From Phycisphaerales bacterium (GTDB lineage: Bacteria; Planctomycetota; Phycisphaerae; Phycisphaerales; UBA1924): a DNA stretch of 64,000 nucleotides. Location: contig JBFXJP010000005.1 in assembly GCA_050174775.1 (NCBI GenBank), forward strand, positions 146,135-210,134. The letters run 5' to 3'. The translations under genes were made by a program, and so were the position numbers. This document shows, one piece after another, positions 29,294 through 38,774 of the stretch (position 1 is its first letter; the number at the start of each line of letters is the position of its first letter). The notes beneath the pieces were generated by a model. That model made no database searches, had not been told where the DNA came from, and worked only from the letters and a program-made list of their open reading frames with translations.

Positions 29294-30694
29294 TTAGATG
29301 ATGAAGAAGAGGCAGAGCGCGCACCAGAGGAGAGCGAAGAGCATGGCGATGGCGGTGTAGCCGACGATGTCGCGTGCGCGTGCGCGGGTGATGGCGAGGA
29401 GGGGGAGTGCCCAGAAGGGCTGGATCATGTTGGTGAGTTGATCGCCGTAGGCGACGCAGAGGACGAGACGGCCGGGGTCGGCGCCGGCGTCGAGCGCGGC
29501 CTGGATGGCGATGGGGCCTTGGACGGCCCATTGGCCTCCGCCGGAGGGGACGAAGAGGTTGACGATTGCGGCGGAGAGGAGGATGAGGACGCGGAGGGCT
29601 GGGGGGTTGGAGTTGGAGAGGGAGACGAACTCGTTGGAGAGGAGGGTGATGAGGCCGGAGAATTTAAGCATGGCGATGATGCCGGCGTAGAGGGGGAATT
29701 GGACGAGGATGGCGGCGCAGCCGCGCGCGGCGTCGTCGACGGCTGCGGCGTATCGGGAGGTGGAGGTGTGAAGGGCGAGGCCGAGGGTGAGGAGGGTGAG
29801 GTTGACGGTGTTGAGGTCGAGGGCGTTCCAGCCTTTGGCGCGGAACTGGGAGAGGAGGAAGAAGGACATGGGGATGACGAGGAGGAGGGGGATGAGTGGG
29901 GAGTGTTCGAGGAAGTGGGGGAGTCGGCCGGGCTTGTCGGTGGGGTCGAGGGGGAGTGGGGGTGGAGGAGGGGGAGGTTCGGGGAGGGGTGAGTTGGGTG
30001 GGGTGTTGCGCGGGCAGAGGAGGGAGAGGAGGAGGGGTGTGAAGAGGAGGAGGCCGCCGGAGATGAGGAGGTTGGTGGGGGTGAGGAGTGTTTGGGAGAT
30101 GGGGATGGGTCCGCCGACGCGGGCGTAGAGGGTGGGGCCGAGGAGTTTGGAGAGGGCGTCGGGGTCTGCAGCTGCGAGTGGAGCGGAGCCGGAGAAGCCG
30201 CCGTGCCAGCACATGAGGCCGAGGTATCCGGCGGCTGGGAGGAGGCCTTGGGGGACGTGGCAGTGTGGGTGTCCGGAGGCGGCGCGGCGCGCGAGTGCGG
30301 CTTGCATGTTGCGTGCGAGGACGGCGCCGACGATGAGGCCGAGGCCCCAGTTGAGGAGCGCGAAGGCGATGGCGGTGGTGGCGGTGAGCCAGACGGCTTG
30401 TCGCGCGGTGCTCGGGATGTTGACGAGGGATTGGAGGAGGAAGGAGACGGGCTTGGTGGAGGCGAGGGCGTGGCCCAGGACGAGGATGAGGCACATCTGC
30501 ATGGCGAATGCGAGGAGGTCCCAGAGGCCGGACTGCCATGCGTTGACGAGGGCTGAGGCGTTGGGGGCGGTGACGCCCATGTGTGCCCAGGCGAGGAAGA
30601 AGGTGAGTGCGGAGAGGAGGATGGCGAGGACGAAGGGGTCGGGGGCGGTGGCGCGGAAGACGGAGGCGATGCGGGCACCGAGTCGGGGGAGCAT
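29294..30694 (-). CDS. Short-chain fatty acid transporter (AtoE family)
   Basis: Collinear similarity, from memory, to E. coli AtoE: PDPF..A.LL..LTF, LLAFAMQMCLILVLGHALAS, ILVQFPLYAGI, VPSGGGQWAVQGP and QPFWALP. Confidence 0.8.
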   Translation of the reverse strand: MLPRLGARIASVFRATAPDPFVLAILLSALTFFLAWAHMGVTAPNASALVNAWQSGLWDLLAFAMQMCLILVLGHALASTKPVSFLLQSLVNIPSTARQAVWLTATTAIAFALLNWGLGLIVGAVLARNMQAALARRAASGHPHCHVPQGLLPAAGYLGLMCWHGGFSGSAPLAAADPDALSKLLGPTLYARVGGPIPISQTLLTPTNLLISGGLLLFTPLLLSLLCPRNTPPNSPLPEPPPPPPPLPLDPTDKPGRLPHFLEHSPLIPLLLVIPMSFFLLSQFRAKGWNALDLNTVNLTLLTLGLALHTSTSRYAAAVDDAARGCAAILVQFPLYAGIIAMLKFSGLITLLSNEFVSLSNSNPPALRVLILLSAAIVNLFVPSGGGQWAVQGPIAIQAALDAGADPGRLVLCVAYGDQLTNMIQPFWALPLLAITRARARDIVGYTAIAMLFALLWCALCLFFII

Positions 30695-30738
30695 GGGAAC
30701 AAGGTACGGGATGGTGGCGTGGAGGTAGATTTGCGCGG

Positions 30739-31443
30739 ATGAGCGGGCTCGGGCTGTGGGTGATGGGTTTGGCGGGTGCGTTTTTGTCGGGGTCGATCCC
30801 GTTCGGGCTGTTGATCGGGTTAGCGCGCGGCGTGGATGTGCGCGAGCACGGGTCGAGGAACATCGGCGCGACGAACGTGACGCGCGTGGTGGGTCGGCGG
30901 GCGGGGTATCTGTGCTTTGCGCTCGACGTGCTGAAGGGCGCGCTGCCTGTGGTGGTGTATGGCTGGCTGGCTGGGTTTGCGGGGAGGGGTGTGACGAGCG
31001 CGGGTGAGGCGGGGATGTGGATGTGTGTAGTGTGCGGCGCAGCGTTCGGGCACATGTTCACGCCTTGGGCGCGGTTCAAGGGCGGGAAGGGTGTTGCGAC
31101 TGGGCTTGGCGCCGCGTTGGGCGTGTGGCCGGCGTTGACGTTGCCGGCGTTGGGCGCGTTGTTGATCTGGATCGTGGTGGTGCGCACGACGCGGTACGTG
31201 AGCGTTGCATCGGTGACGGCGGCCGGGTTGATGCCGCTGCTGGTTCTCGGACTGGGAGCGTCGGGCGCGACGGTGGAGGCGGAGGGGGTGGGGGCGCGGC
31301 TGGGGGCGGTGTGGGTGTATGCGTTGTTCGCGGGGCTGTTGGGCGGGCTGGTGATCTGGAAGCACCGGGGGAACATTGCGCGGCTGCGGGCGGGGACAGA
31401 GCGGAGGATCGGGGAGCGGGTGGAGGTGGTGGAGGGGCGATAA
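30739..31443 (+). CDS. plsY: Glycerol-3-phosphate acyltransferase PlsY
   Basis: GSIPFGLLIG, HGSRNIGATNV and FKGGKGVATGLG motifs. Start at ATG 30739. Confidence 0.9.
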   Translation: MSGLGLWVMGLAGAFLSGSIPFGLLIGLARGVDVREHGSRNIGATNVTRVVGRRAGYLCFALDVLKGALPVVVYGWLAGFAGRGVTSAGEAGMWMCVVCGAAFGHMFTPWARFKGGKGVATGLGAALGVWPALTLPALGALLIWIVVVRTTRYVSVASVTAAGLMPLLVLGLGASGATVEAEGVGARLGAVWVYALFAGLLGGLVIWKHRGNIARLRAGTERRIGERVEVVEGR

Positions 31444-31578
31444 CGGTGGGGGAGGGGGAAGCGAGGCAAAGCGCAAGGGTTGCGCGGGGGATCGGAAAAG
31501 TCGCTGATCGCTGTGGGTGATGTGTGCGTGGCGGAGCGCCGATGTCGCGTTGGTCACGTATGCGGAGGAGTTGCGCGT

Positions 31579-31836
31579 ATGCAGCGATTGAAGTTTCGAG
31601 GCGTGGAACAGGACGAGGGGTACCCGGAGGGCGTTTACGCGTTTCCGGGGTCGATCCGGGACATTCTGTCGCGGCCCGATCCCCGGAAGATGAGCCCTGA
31701 CGAGCTGGCCTCATCGATGGAGGAGACCTTGCAGCGCATGGAGGCGAGCCTGGACCTGCTGCGGCAGGAGTCGGGCGCGTACCCCATGTCGGAGTACGGA
31801 CGGGGGGATGACGACGGCCCGCCGCGCGCGGCGTGA
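31579..31836 (+). CDS. Small hypothetical protein (85 aa)
   Basis: ATG start (MQRLKF...). Plausible composition. No known domain. Confidence 0.35.
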   Translation: MQRLKFRGVEQDEGYPEGVYAFPGSIRDILSRPDPRKMSPDELASSMEETLQRMEASLDLLRQESGAYPMSEYGRGDDDGPPRAA

Positions 31837-31929
31837 CGGGCGCGCTGTGCGGGCGTGTCTCGCGCGGCGTGGCTGGGTGATTGTGATTCCTGACGGCGGC
31901 GCTTGTGCAACAGGCGCCGCTGCTTTTCA

Positions 31930-33072
31930 ATGGCGGGGATGAGCGGTACGCGTTCGAGGTCGGAGGTGTGCGCGGCGGCGGCGGGGGGGTTGCGCGGGCG
32001 GGACGCGGGGGCGTTTCGCGCGGTGGTGGGGTTTGACGGGATGGTGGACACGATCGCGCGCGCGGTGGATCGGCGGGAGGGGTCCGGGACGTTCACGCCG
32101 ATGCGCGCGATGGGTGACTTTGCGAAGCGCGTGTCGGACAACGCGGGGACGTCCATCAACATTGAGTTAGCGGTGGAGCGGGTGAAGGTGGGGGGGAACG
32201 GGGCGATCCTTGCGGATGCGCTCGCGTCGATGGGGGCGCGGGTGTCGTTTGTCGGGGGGATCGGTGGCGAGGAGGGGGTGCACGAGGTGTTCCGGGAGTT
32301 CGCGGAGCGGTGCGCGTCGGTGCATGCGACGTCGGCGCCGGGGTTCACGGACGCCGTGGAGTTCGGTGACGGGAAGGTGATGCTGGGGAAGACGGCTGCG
32401 TTGTCGGAGATCACGTGGGCGCGGGTGGTGGAGGCGTTCGGGGGGTTGGACGGGTTGGTGCGCGCGCTGCGCGGGGCTGCGTTGCTGGCGCCTGAGTCGT
32501 GGACGATGGTGCCGCACATGAACGAGATCTGGGCGGGGCTGTCGCGCGAGGCGTTGTCGCGCGTGCCTGTGGGGGAGCGTCCCGGGGTGTTCATCGATCT
32601 GGCGGACCCGGCGAAGCGGACGGACGAGGAGGTGCGCGGCGCGTTGGGGTTGCTCGAGGAGATGCAGGGGGTGACGGACGTGGCGCTGGGGTTGAACCTT
32701 GCGGAGTCGAGGCGGATCGCGGCCATCGTGGGGGCGAAGAAGCCGGAGGGGATCGAGGAGGCCGCGGTGGTCGTGCGCGAGGCTGTGGGGCTTTCGTGCG
32801 TGGTGGCGCATCGGCGTGAGGGGAGCGCGGCTTCGTGGGGGGACGGGGCAGCACGGTTCGAGGGGGCGTTCACGAAGCAGCCCAAGATGAGCACGGGGGC
32901 CGGGGATCACTTCAACGCGGGCTTTGCGCTGGGGTGGCGGCTCGGGCTCGGGGTGGAGGAGGCGTTGGCGGTGGGGTCGGCCGTGAGCGGGCTGTATGTG
33001 CGCAGCGGCGAATCGCCTTCGATGGAGAAGGTGATCGCGTTTCTGGAGGGGATGCCCGAGCCGGAGCGCTGA
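31930..33072 (+). CDS. Ribokinase-superfamily (PfkB-like) sugar kinase
   Basis: C-terminal TGAGDHFNAGF (PfkB signature 2-like) and GGNGAILADAL. Start ambiguous (31930 or 31939). Confidence 0.65.
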   Translation: MAGMSGTRSRSEVCAAAAGGLRGRDAGAFRAVVGFDGMVDTIARAVDRREGSGTFTPMRAMGDFAKRVSDNAGTSINIELAVERVKVGGNGAILADALASMGARVSFVGGIGGEEGVHEVFREFAERCASVHATSAPGFTDAVEFGDGKVMLGKTAALSEITWARVVEAFGGLDGLVRALRGAALLAPESWTMVPHMNEIWAGLSREALSRVPVGERPGVFIDLADPAKRTDEEVRGALGLLEEMQGVTDVALGLNLAESRRIAAIVGAKKPEGIEEAAVVVREAVGLSCVVAHRREGSAASWGDGAARFEGAFTKQPKMSTGAGDHFNAGFALGWRLGLGVEEALAVGSAVSGLYVRSGESPSMEKVIAFLEGMPEPER

Positions 33073-33084
33073 GCGCGGGTGTGA

Positions 33085-33588
33085 TTACATCGCGGCGGGG
33101 AGGCCCATGATGCGGCGCCAGGCGCTGATCTGGCCCAGGTGCATCATGGAGTGTCCGCCCAGGAGGAAGTCGAAGCGTGAGCCGACGGTGGCGAAGGACT
33201 TCCAGTTGTCGGTGACGGGGGCGTTGAGCGCGGCGTCATCGGCTTCGGCCAGTGCGTTGATGGCCGCGTCGGTGCGTTCGAAGTAGGTGGAGGTGATGAC
33301 CTCCATGGCCGGGTAGATGGAGGCGTTGGGGTCGTCGAGGCAGGGCTTTCCGTTCTCGAAGAGCTCCTTGAACTTGGGATTGGGCTTGGTGAGGTCTTTG
33401 CGTCCGAGCATCTCGAGGAGCATGTCGGGGTAGACCGCGAGGTGGCCGTAGACCCAGGCGGGGTGGTTGGTGTTGATGCCTTTGGGGAGGCGCGCGAAGT
33501 CGGCCGGGTTGATGCCCTTGAGGAGGGTTTCGGCGTAGGTGCGCGTGAGTCTTGCGGCGGGGAGGATGGCGGCGCTGATGTTGCCCAT
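33085..33588 (-). CDS. DinB-family protein
   Basis: HPAWVYGHLA and GGHSMMHLGQISAWRR motifs. Start at ATG 33588, preceded by CACAGGAGC. Confidence 0.8.
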   Translation of the reverse strand: MGNISAAILPAARLTRTYAETLLKGINPADFARLPKGINTNHPAWVYGHLAVYPDMLLEMLGRKDLTKPNPKFKELFENGKPCLDDPNASIYPAMEVITSTYFERTDAAINALAEADDAALNAPVTDNWKSFATVGSRFDFLLGGHSMMHLGQISAWRRIMGLPAAM

Positions 33589-33657
33589 GTCGTCTCGCTC
33601 CTGTGGTGTGCTCGGGGAGCGGATGCTAGGCATGGGGTGTGGGGCCTACTGTTGTGC

Positions 33658-35490
33658 ATGACCAGAGCGCGACGCGTTGCGGGTGCGGCGTGGAGGCGGG
33701 TGCTCGTCCGGGAGAGCGTCCGCGCGCTGGGGATCACCATGAGCGTGGGTGCGGCGTGCGGGGTGTTGGGCGCGACGGCGACGCGATTGGTGTGGGCTGG
33801 GGACTCGAGAACGTCGTGGATCGTGCTCGGCGCGGGGGTCGGCGCGGGGCTCGTGGCCGGGCTGGCGCTGGGATGGGCGCGCGCGAGGCGGATCGGGGTG
33901 ACGGGCGCTGCGATCGAGGTGGATCGCGCGCTGGGTCTGCGGGATCGGATCACGTCGTCGCTGACGTTCGGCTCGTCGGAGGACGAGGCGTTCGTGGCGC
34001 TGGCGCTTGAGGATGCGGAGCGGGCCGCGAGCGGCGCGCGTGCGGGGCGTGCGGTGCGTGTGCGGATGGGTCGGTGGTGGGGTGTGTGGCCTGCGGTGAC
34101 GGTGGCGGGTGTGTTGGTGGGGCTGTGGGTTCCGGCGATGACGTTGCTTGATCCGCGCGCGAAGGCGGAGCGGATGCGTCAGGTGGCGTTGCAGGAGGAG
34201 CGGGATCGTGCGGTGGAGGATGTGCGGGCGGCGCTGGAGCAGTTGAGGGGCGAGGAGGAGTCGGGGGCTGTGACGGCGGAGGAGTTGCGGGCGCTGGAGG
34301 AGATCGAGCGGGAGCTTGAGAAGGGTGTTGCGGCCGGCGAGGAGGGGCGCGCGATGGCGGCGGCCGCGCTCGAGGAGATGGCTCGGGAGCGTGAGGAGCT
34401 GGAGCGTCGCGCGCGGGAGCAGGTGGACACGATCGCGTCGCGTGTGGCGTCGCAGGGGGCGCAGAGCGAGAACGGAGATCGCGCGCAGGAGTTGCGTGAG
34501 GCGCTGGCGCGTGGGGACATGGACGCTGCGGCCGAGGCGTTGCGGGCGCTTGAGGAGCCGGGCGCGCTGACGGACGAGGAGATGCGCGAGCTTGCGCGGG
34601 AGATGGAGGACCTGGCTGAGGCGCTGGAGAGCGCGCAGGGCGAGCAGGGGGAGAACGAGAGCGCGGGTGACGGCGCGAAGGAGTTGTCGGAGTCGCTGAA
34701 GGAAGCCGCGAACGAGGTGAACGAGCAGTCTCAGGGGGGAGGGGAGGCGAGCGAGTCGGGGAAGAAGGGGGAGAGCGAGAAGCATTCGCAGGGGAGCACT
34801 TCTCCGAACAGCGCGCGGCAGGAGGGCTCGGCTTCTTCGGGTCAGCAGGGGGAGGGTGAGGGCAAGTCTCCGACGCAGCAGCCCAAGGGTCAGGCGGGGC
34901 AGGGGTCGAAGGCGGGGGAGAAGGCGAGCGGGGACGCGGTGCGTCGCGCGCAGGAGACGATGCGCAAGCTCGGTGAGCAGCAGCAGGGCGCGACGAAGCA
35001 GGGACAGAAGGCCAAGGACATCCGTGGGGTTGCGCAGCAGTTGATGGAGGGGGACGCGGAGCAGGCAGGTCAGGAGGAGGGGCAGGATGGTCCGGGCTCG
35101 CGTCGGCAGGGGGACGCGGGCGGGGGCGCGGGTGAGGGCTCGAACGGGCTGCGGATGCGGGAGCCCGGTGAGGAGCGGCCTTCGAACGTGCAGGACGTGG
35201 ATGCGCGGCGCGGCGCGAGTGAGCGTGAGGGTGGCGCGCGGTCGTTCGAGTGGTACAACCCGAATGCGCGCGAGGGTCGGGGGACGGTGGATGCGCGGGT
35301 TGCGGCGGAGCGGTTGCGCGAGGCCGCGAAGAGCGCGGAGCGCGCGATCGAGGATCAGACGTTGCCGTCTCGCTACTCGAAGTTGTTGCGCGAGTATTAC
35401 CGGCGGATGCCTGATGCCGTGCGGGGGGATGCGCCGGCGAGCGGGGGTGGGGAGAGCGCGCCTGCGGAGCCGAAGCCGTCGGGGGGTTGA
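33658..35490 (+). CDS. Membrane protein with long acidic coiled-coil/low-complexity region
   Basis: Three N-terminal hydrophobic helices. An E/R/A coiled coil is followed by an E/G/Q/S-rich low-complexity segment. Start set at ATG 33658 to avoid the convergent DinB gene. Confidence 0.55.
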   Translation: MTRARRVAGAAWRRVLVRESVRALGITMSVGAACGVLGATATRLVWAGDSRTSWIVLGAGVGAGLVAGLALGWARARRIGVTGAAIEVDRALGLRDRITSSLTFGSSEDEAFVALALEDAERAASGARAGRAVRVRMGRWWGVWPAVTVAGVLVGLWVPAMTLLDPRAKAERMRQVALQEERDRAVEDVRAALEQLRGEEESGAVTAEELRALEEIERELEKGVAAGEEGRAMAAAALEEMAREREELERRAREQVDTIASRVASQGAQSENGDRAQELREALARGDMDAAAEALRALEEPGALTDEEMRELAREMEDLAEALESAQGEQGENESAGDGAKELSESLKEAANEVNEQSQGGGEASESGKKGESEKHSQGSTSPNSARQEGSASSGQQGEGEGKSPTQQPKGQAGQGSKAGEKASGDAVRRAQETMRKLGEQQQGATKQGQKAKDIRGVAQQLMEGDAEQAGQEEGQDGPGSRRQGDAGGGAGEGSNGLRMREPGEERPSNVQDVDARRGASEREGGARSFEWYNPNAREGRGTVDARVAAERLREAAKSAERAIEDQTLPSRYSKLLREYYRRMPDAVRGDAPASGGGESAPAEPKPSGG

Positions 35491-35542
35491 GCGGCGCGCC
35501 TGGTGGGGGCGCGCATTGGGGGGCGGAACCTAGGATGGTGTC

Positions 35543-38500
35543 GTGAGCCTTCGGTTTGCCGATCCGCTGTGGCTGGCGCTGCTTGCGCTGTCGTTGCCGA
35601 CGGTGTGGGCGACGCTGAAGTGGCTGCACGCCATGACGCGGTTTCGCTCGTGGACGGTGGGGGCGGCGCGGGTGGTGTTGTTGGCGTTGATCGCGGGCGC
35701 GCTGGCGGGCGCGAGCGCGGTGACGCGCACGGATCGGGTGGGTGTGGTGTTCGTGGTGGACGTGTCGGAGTCGGTGCGGCGGTTTGCGCCGGGGGCGCGG
35801 GACGCGAGCGGGAACGAGGTGGGGGTGGAGCGCGCGGTGCGGGAGTGGATCGGGCGCGCGATGGAGGGGAGGAGGCCTGACGATCTGGTGGGTGTGGTGG
35901 CGTTCGACGGGAGCGCGATCGCCACGGCCGCGGCGCGTGCGCGGGCGCTGACGCCGGAGGACGTGGAGATCGGGGTGACGCTTGGCGAGGGGACGGACAT
36001 CGGAGGGGCGTTGCGCTTGGCGTCGGCGTTGATTCCGTCGGGAGTGGCACACCGGATCGTGCTGGTGTCGGACGGCGCCGAGACGAGCGGGGATGCGCTC
36101 GCGGCGGTGGCGGAGTCGACGGGTTCGACGCCGATCGACGTGTTGCCGCTGAGCTACCGGGTGCAGAGTGAGGTGGTGGTGGAGTCGGTGGATGTTCCGC
36201 CGCAGGCGCAGGAGAACGCGACGGTTGCGGTGCGCGTGTCGATGTACGCGACGGGTCCGGCGCGTGGGAGGCTGACGTTGCTGCGCGAGGGGCGCGCGGT
36301 GGACATCAACGGGGGTGAGGGCGGGGTGAGCCGCGCGCTGGAGTGGGGGCCCGGGAGGAAGGTGGAGGTGATCCCGGTTCCGCTGACGGACGGGCGCGTG
36401 CATCGGTTTGAGGCGGTGTTCGAGCCGGAGGGTGTGGGGGCGGGGTTGGGGGGCGACACGTCGACGGTGAACAATCGCGCGGGGGGCGTGGTGATTTCGC
36501 CCGGGAAGGGCGCGGTGCTGTTGGTGGACGGGGTGTCGAGGGGGGAGGCCGGGGGAGCGGGTCGGACGGTGGCGCAGGCCTTGGAGCGCGCGGGGCTGAC
36601 GGTGGAGGTGGTGGGGGCGAGCGCGTTTCCGACGGACCCGCTGGCGCTGCAGCGGTATGACCTGGTGATGCTGGAGAACGTGCCCGCGGAGGACGTATCG
36701 GCGCGGACGCAGCAATCGCTGGTGGACTTTGTGCGCGATCTGGGTGGCGGGCTGGTGATGATCGGCGGGCCGGACTCGTTCGGCGCGGGAGGATGGAAGG
36801 GGTCGGCGCTCGAGGAGGTGCTGCCGGTGCGGCTGGACCTTCCGGAGGAGCTGATCATTCCGAGCGCGGCGTTGATGATCGTGATCGACTCGTCGGGGTC
36901 GATGGGGATGCCGGTGCTGGGGAGCGCGCGTTCGCAGCAGGAGATCGCGAATGAGGGGGCGGCGCTCGCGGTGCGGACGCTGGACAAGCAGGACCTGATC
37001 GGGGTGATCGCGTTCGACAGCGAGAGCCATGAGGTGGTGCGGCTGCAGAAGAACTCGGACCCGGAGGGTGTGGCGCGGAAGATTCGGGGGATCTCGCCGG
37101 GAGGCGGGACGAACCTGTACCCCGCGCTTGCGCAGGCCGGGAACAGGCTGATGTCGGTCGAGGCGCAGGTGAAGCACGTGATCGTGCTGTCGGACGGGGT
37201 GTCGATGGGTGATCCGACGGAGGGGGGAGCGATCGCGGCGGAGTTGTCGGATCACGGGATCACGGTGTCAACGATCGCGGTGGGGGACGGCGCGGACGTG
37301 CACACGCTGGCGGAGATCGCGCTGGAGGGTGGGGGGCAGCACTACCGGGTGACGGACCCGAACATGCTGCCGCGGATTTTTCTGAAAGAGACGCGCGTGG
37401 TGCGCAAGCCGCTGGTGCGCGAGTCGGACTTTGTGCCGGTGGACACGCGTTCGGGGTCGGCGTTGACGCTGGGGATGCCTGGGGAGATTCCGCCGCTGGG
37501 CGGGCTGGTGCTGACGCGGGCGCGGCTTGCGGAGCCGGGGACGCCTCCGGCGATCGTGGACCTGGTTGCGCCGTCGGGGGAGCCGGTGTTGGCGCATTGG
37601 CGCGTGGGGCTGGGGCAGGTTGCGGCGTTCACGTCGGATGCGCACAAGTGGGCGTCGAGGTGGGTGGAGTGGCCGGGGTATCAGATTCTGTGGAGTCAGA
37701 TCGCGCGCGCGGTGTCGAGGCCGCCGTTCGGTCGGGACTACGACCTGACGGTGTCGACGGAGGGGGAGATGGTGCGTGTGCGATTGGAGGCGCGCGACGA
37801 GGAGGGGGCGCCGAGGGATCTCTTGACGATCCCGGGCGTGGTGTACGGGCCTGGCGGGGCGCGTGAGCCGATCGTGCTGCGGCAGACAGGTCCGGGCGTG
37901 TACACGGGTGAGGCGCCTGCGCGGAGCGCGGGGTCGTATGTGGCTGCGCTGACGCCCAGAGAGGGCGGGAGGATGCTGGCGCCGGCGGTCGGGGCGACGA
38001 CGCGGGAGGCGGGGCCGGAGCTGCGCGTGTTGCGGTCGAACGATGCGCTGCTGCGGGAGATCGCGTCGAGGAGCGGCGGGCGGGTGTTGTCGATGAACGA
38101 TCCGATGGGGGCGTGGTTGTTTGCGCGGCAGGGGTTGCCGCCGACGGTGTCGGCGTCGCCGCTGTGGAGATCGTTGTTGGTGTGGGCGGTGATCGTGATG
38201 CTGCTGGATGTGGCGACGAGACGGGTGGCGTGGGATCGGTTGATCACGCGCGAGGCCGCGGCGGAGTTGGCGCGGATGGCGATGTCGCGCGGGAAGAAGG
38301 AGTCGGGGCCGGAGGCGGTGGGGGCGATGCGTCGCGCGAAGGAGCGTGTGGATCGGCGCGCGGGTGAGCCGGGGCGAGGTGGAGGGCGCGTGGTGGCGAG
38401 CACGGGGCAGGGGACGGCCGGCGCAGCGCGCGGGAGCGTGGAGCGGGCGCGGGGGCCGGTGGAGGAGTCGCGGGATCGTGGAGAGAGGGTGGTGGAGGAG

Positions 38501-38593
38501 GGTGAGGGCTCGACGTCGGGGCTGCTGGCGGCGAAGCGTCGCGCGGCGCGGCGGTTTGAGCAGGGTGAGGAGGGGTCGGAAAGCGGGGCATGA
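35543..38593 (+). CDS. Giant membrane protein: BatA-type N-terminal double-TM domain plus two vWA domains
   Basis: GTG start. N-terminus FADPLWLALLALSLPTVW. vWA MIDAS-like VFVVDVSESV and IVIDSSGSMG. C-terminal TM LWRSLLVWAVIVMLLDV. Confidence 0.8.
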   Translation: MSLRFADPLWLALLALSLPTVWATLKWLHAMTRFRSWTVGAARVVLLALIAGALAGASAVTRTDRVGVVFVVDVSESVRRFAPGARDASGNEVGVERAVREWIGRAMEGRRPDDLVGVVAFDGSAIATAAARARALTPEDVEIGVTLGEGTDIGGALRLASALIPSGVAHRIVLVSDGAETSGDALAAVAESTGSTPIDVLPLSYRVQSEVVVESVDVPPQAQENATVAVRVSMYATGPARGRLTLLREGRAVDINGGEGGVSRALEWGPGRKVEVIPVPLTDGRVHRFEAVFEPEGVGAGLGGDTSTVNNRAGGVVISPGKGAVLLVDGVSRGEAGGAGRTVAQALERAGLTVEVVGASAFPTDPLALQRYDLVMLENVPAEDVSARTQQSLVDFVRDLGGGLVMIGGPDSFGAGGWKGSALEEVLPVRLDLPEELIIPSAALMIVIDSSGSMGMPVLGSARSQQEIANEGAALAVRTLDKQDLIGVIAFDSESHEVVRLQKNSDPEGVARKIRGISPGGGTNLYPALAQAGNRLMSVEAQVKHVIVLSDGVSMGDPTEGGAIAAELSDHGITVSTIAVGDGADVHTLAEIALEGGGQHYRVTDPNMLPRIFLKETRVVRKPLVRESDFVPVDTRSGSALTLGMPGEIPPLGGLVLTRARLAEPGTPPAIVDLVAPSGEPVLAHWRVGLGQVAAFTSDAHKWASRWVEWPGYQILWSQIARAVSRPPFGRDYDLTVSTEGEMVRVRLEARDEEGAPRDLLTIPGVVYGPGGAREPIVLRQTGPGVYTGEAPARSAGSYVAALTPREGGRMLAPAVGATTREAGPELRVLRSNDALLREIASRSGGRVLSMNDPMGAWLFARQGLPPTVSASPLWRSLLVWAVIVMLLDVATRRVAWDRLITREAAAELARMAMSRGKKESGPEAVGAMRRAKERVDRRAGEPGRGGGRVVASTGQGTAGAARGSVERARGPVEESRDRGERVVEEGEGSTSGLLAAKRRAARRFEQGEEGSESGA

Positions 38594-38774
38594 GGTGGGG
38601 AAGTCCGGAAACCTGGGGGCGGGCGCGGGTGTATAAGGCCTAGCGACTCGGGGTCGGCACGGTGTCTGTGCGCCGTGAACCTGCCTCGACCGGACTTTTA
38701 CGAGCCGATTCGTCGACGGCGTGCTCGAGCGGGCTGCGGCGTCCGGCACGGAGCAATTGCAGAGGAGCCGACCC

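Noticed and set aside
25454-31469. Several 300-600-aa ORFs antisense to the FG-GAP, GH57, AtoE-like and plsY genes
   Set aside because: They have shadow composition (Arg/His/Pro/Leu or Pro/Ser/Thr runs). The opposite strand has recognisable families.
34600-35200. Apparent repetitiveness in the E/G/Q/S-rich segment
   Set aside because: This is compositional low complexity of one coding region. I could not find a true tandem DNA repeat unit.
33950-37255. 1101-aa minus-strand ORF, plus the 379-aa ORF at 33646-34785
   Set aside because: The Pro/Arg/His/Ala-rich shadow composition argues against them. The plus strand encodes TM/vWA proteins with MIDAS motifs.
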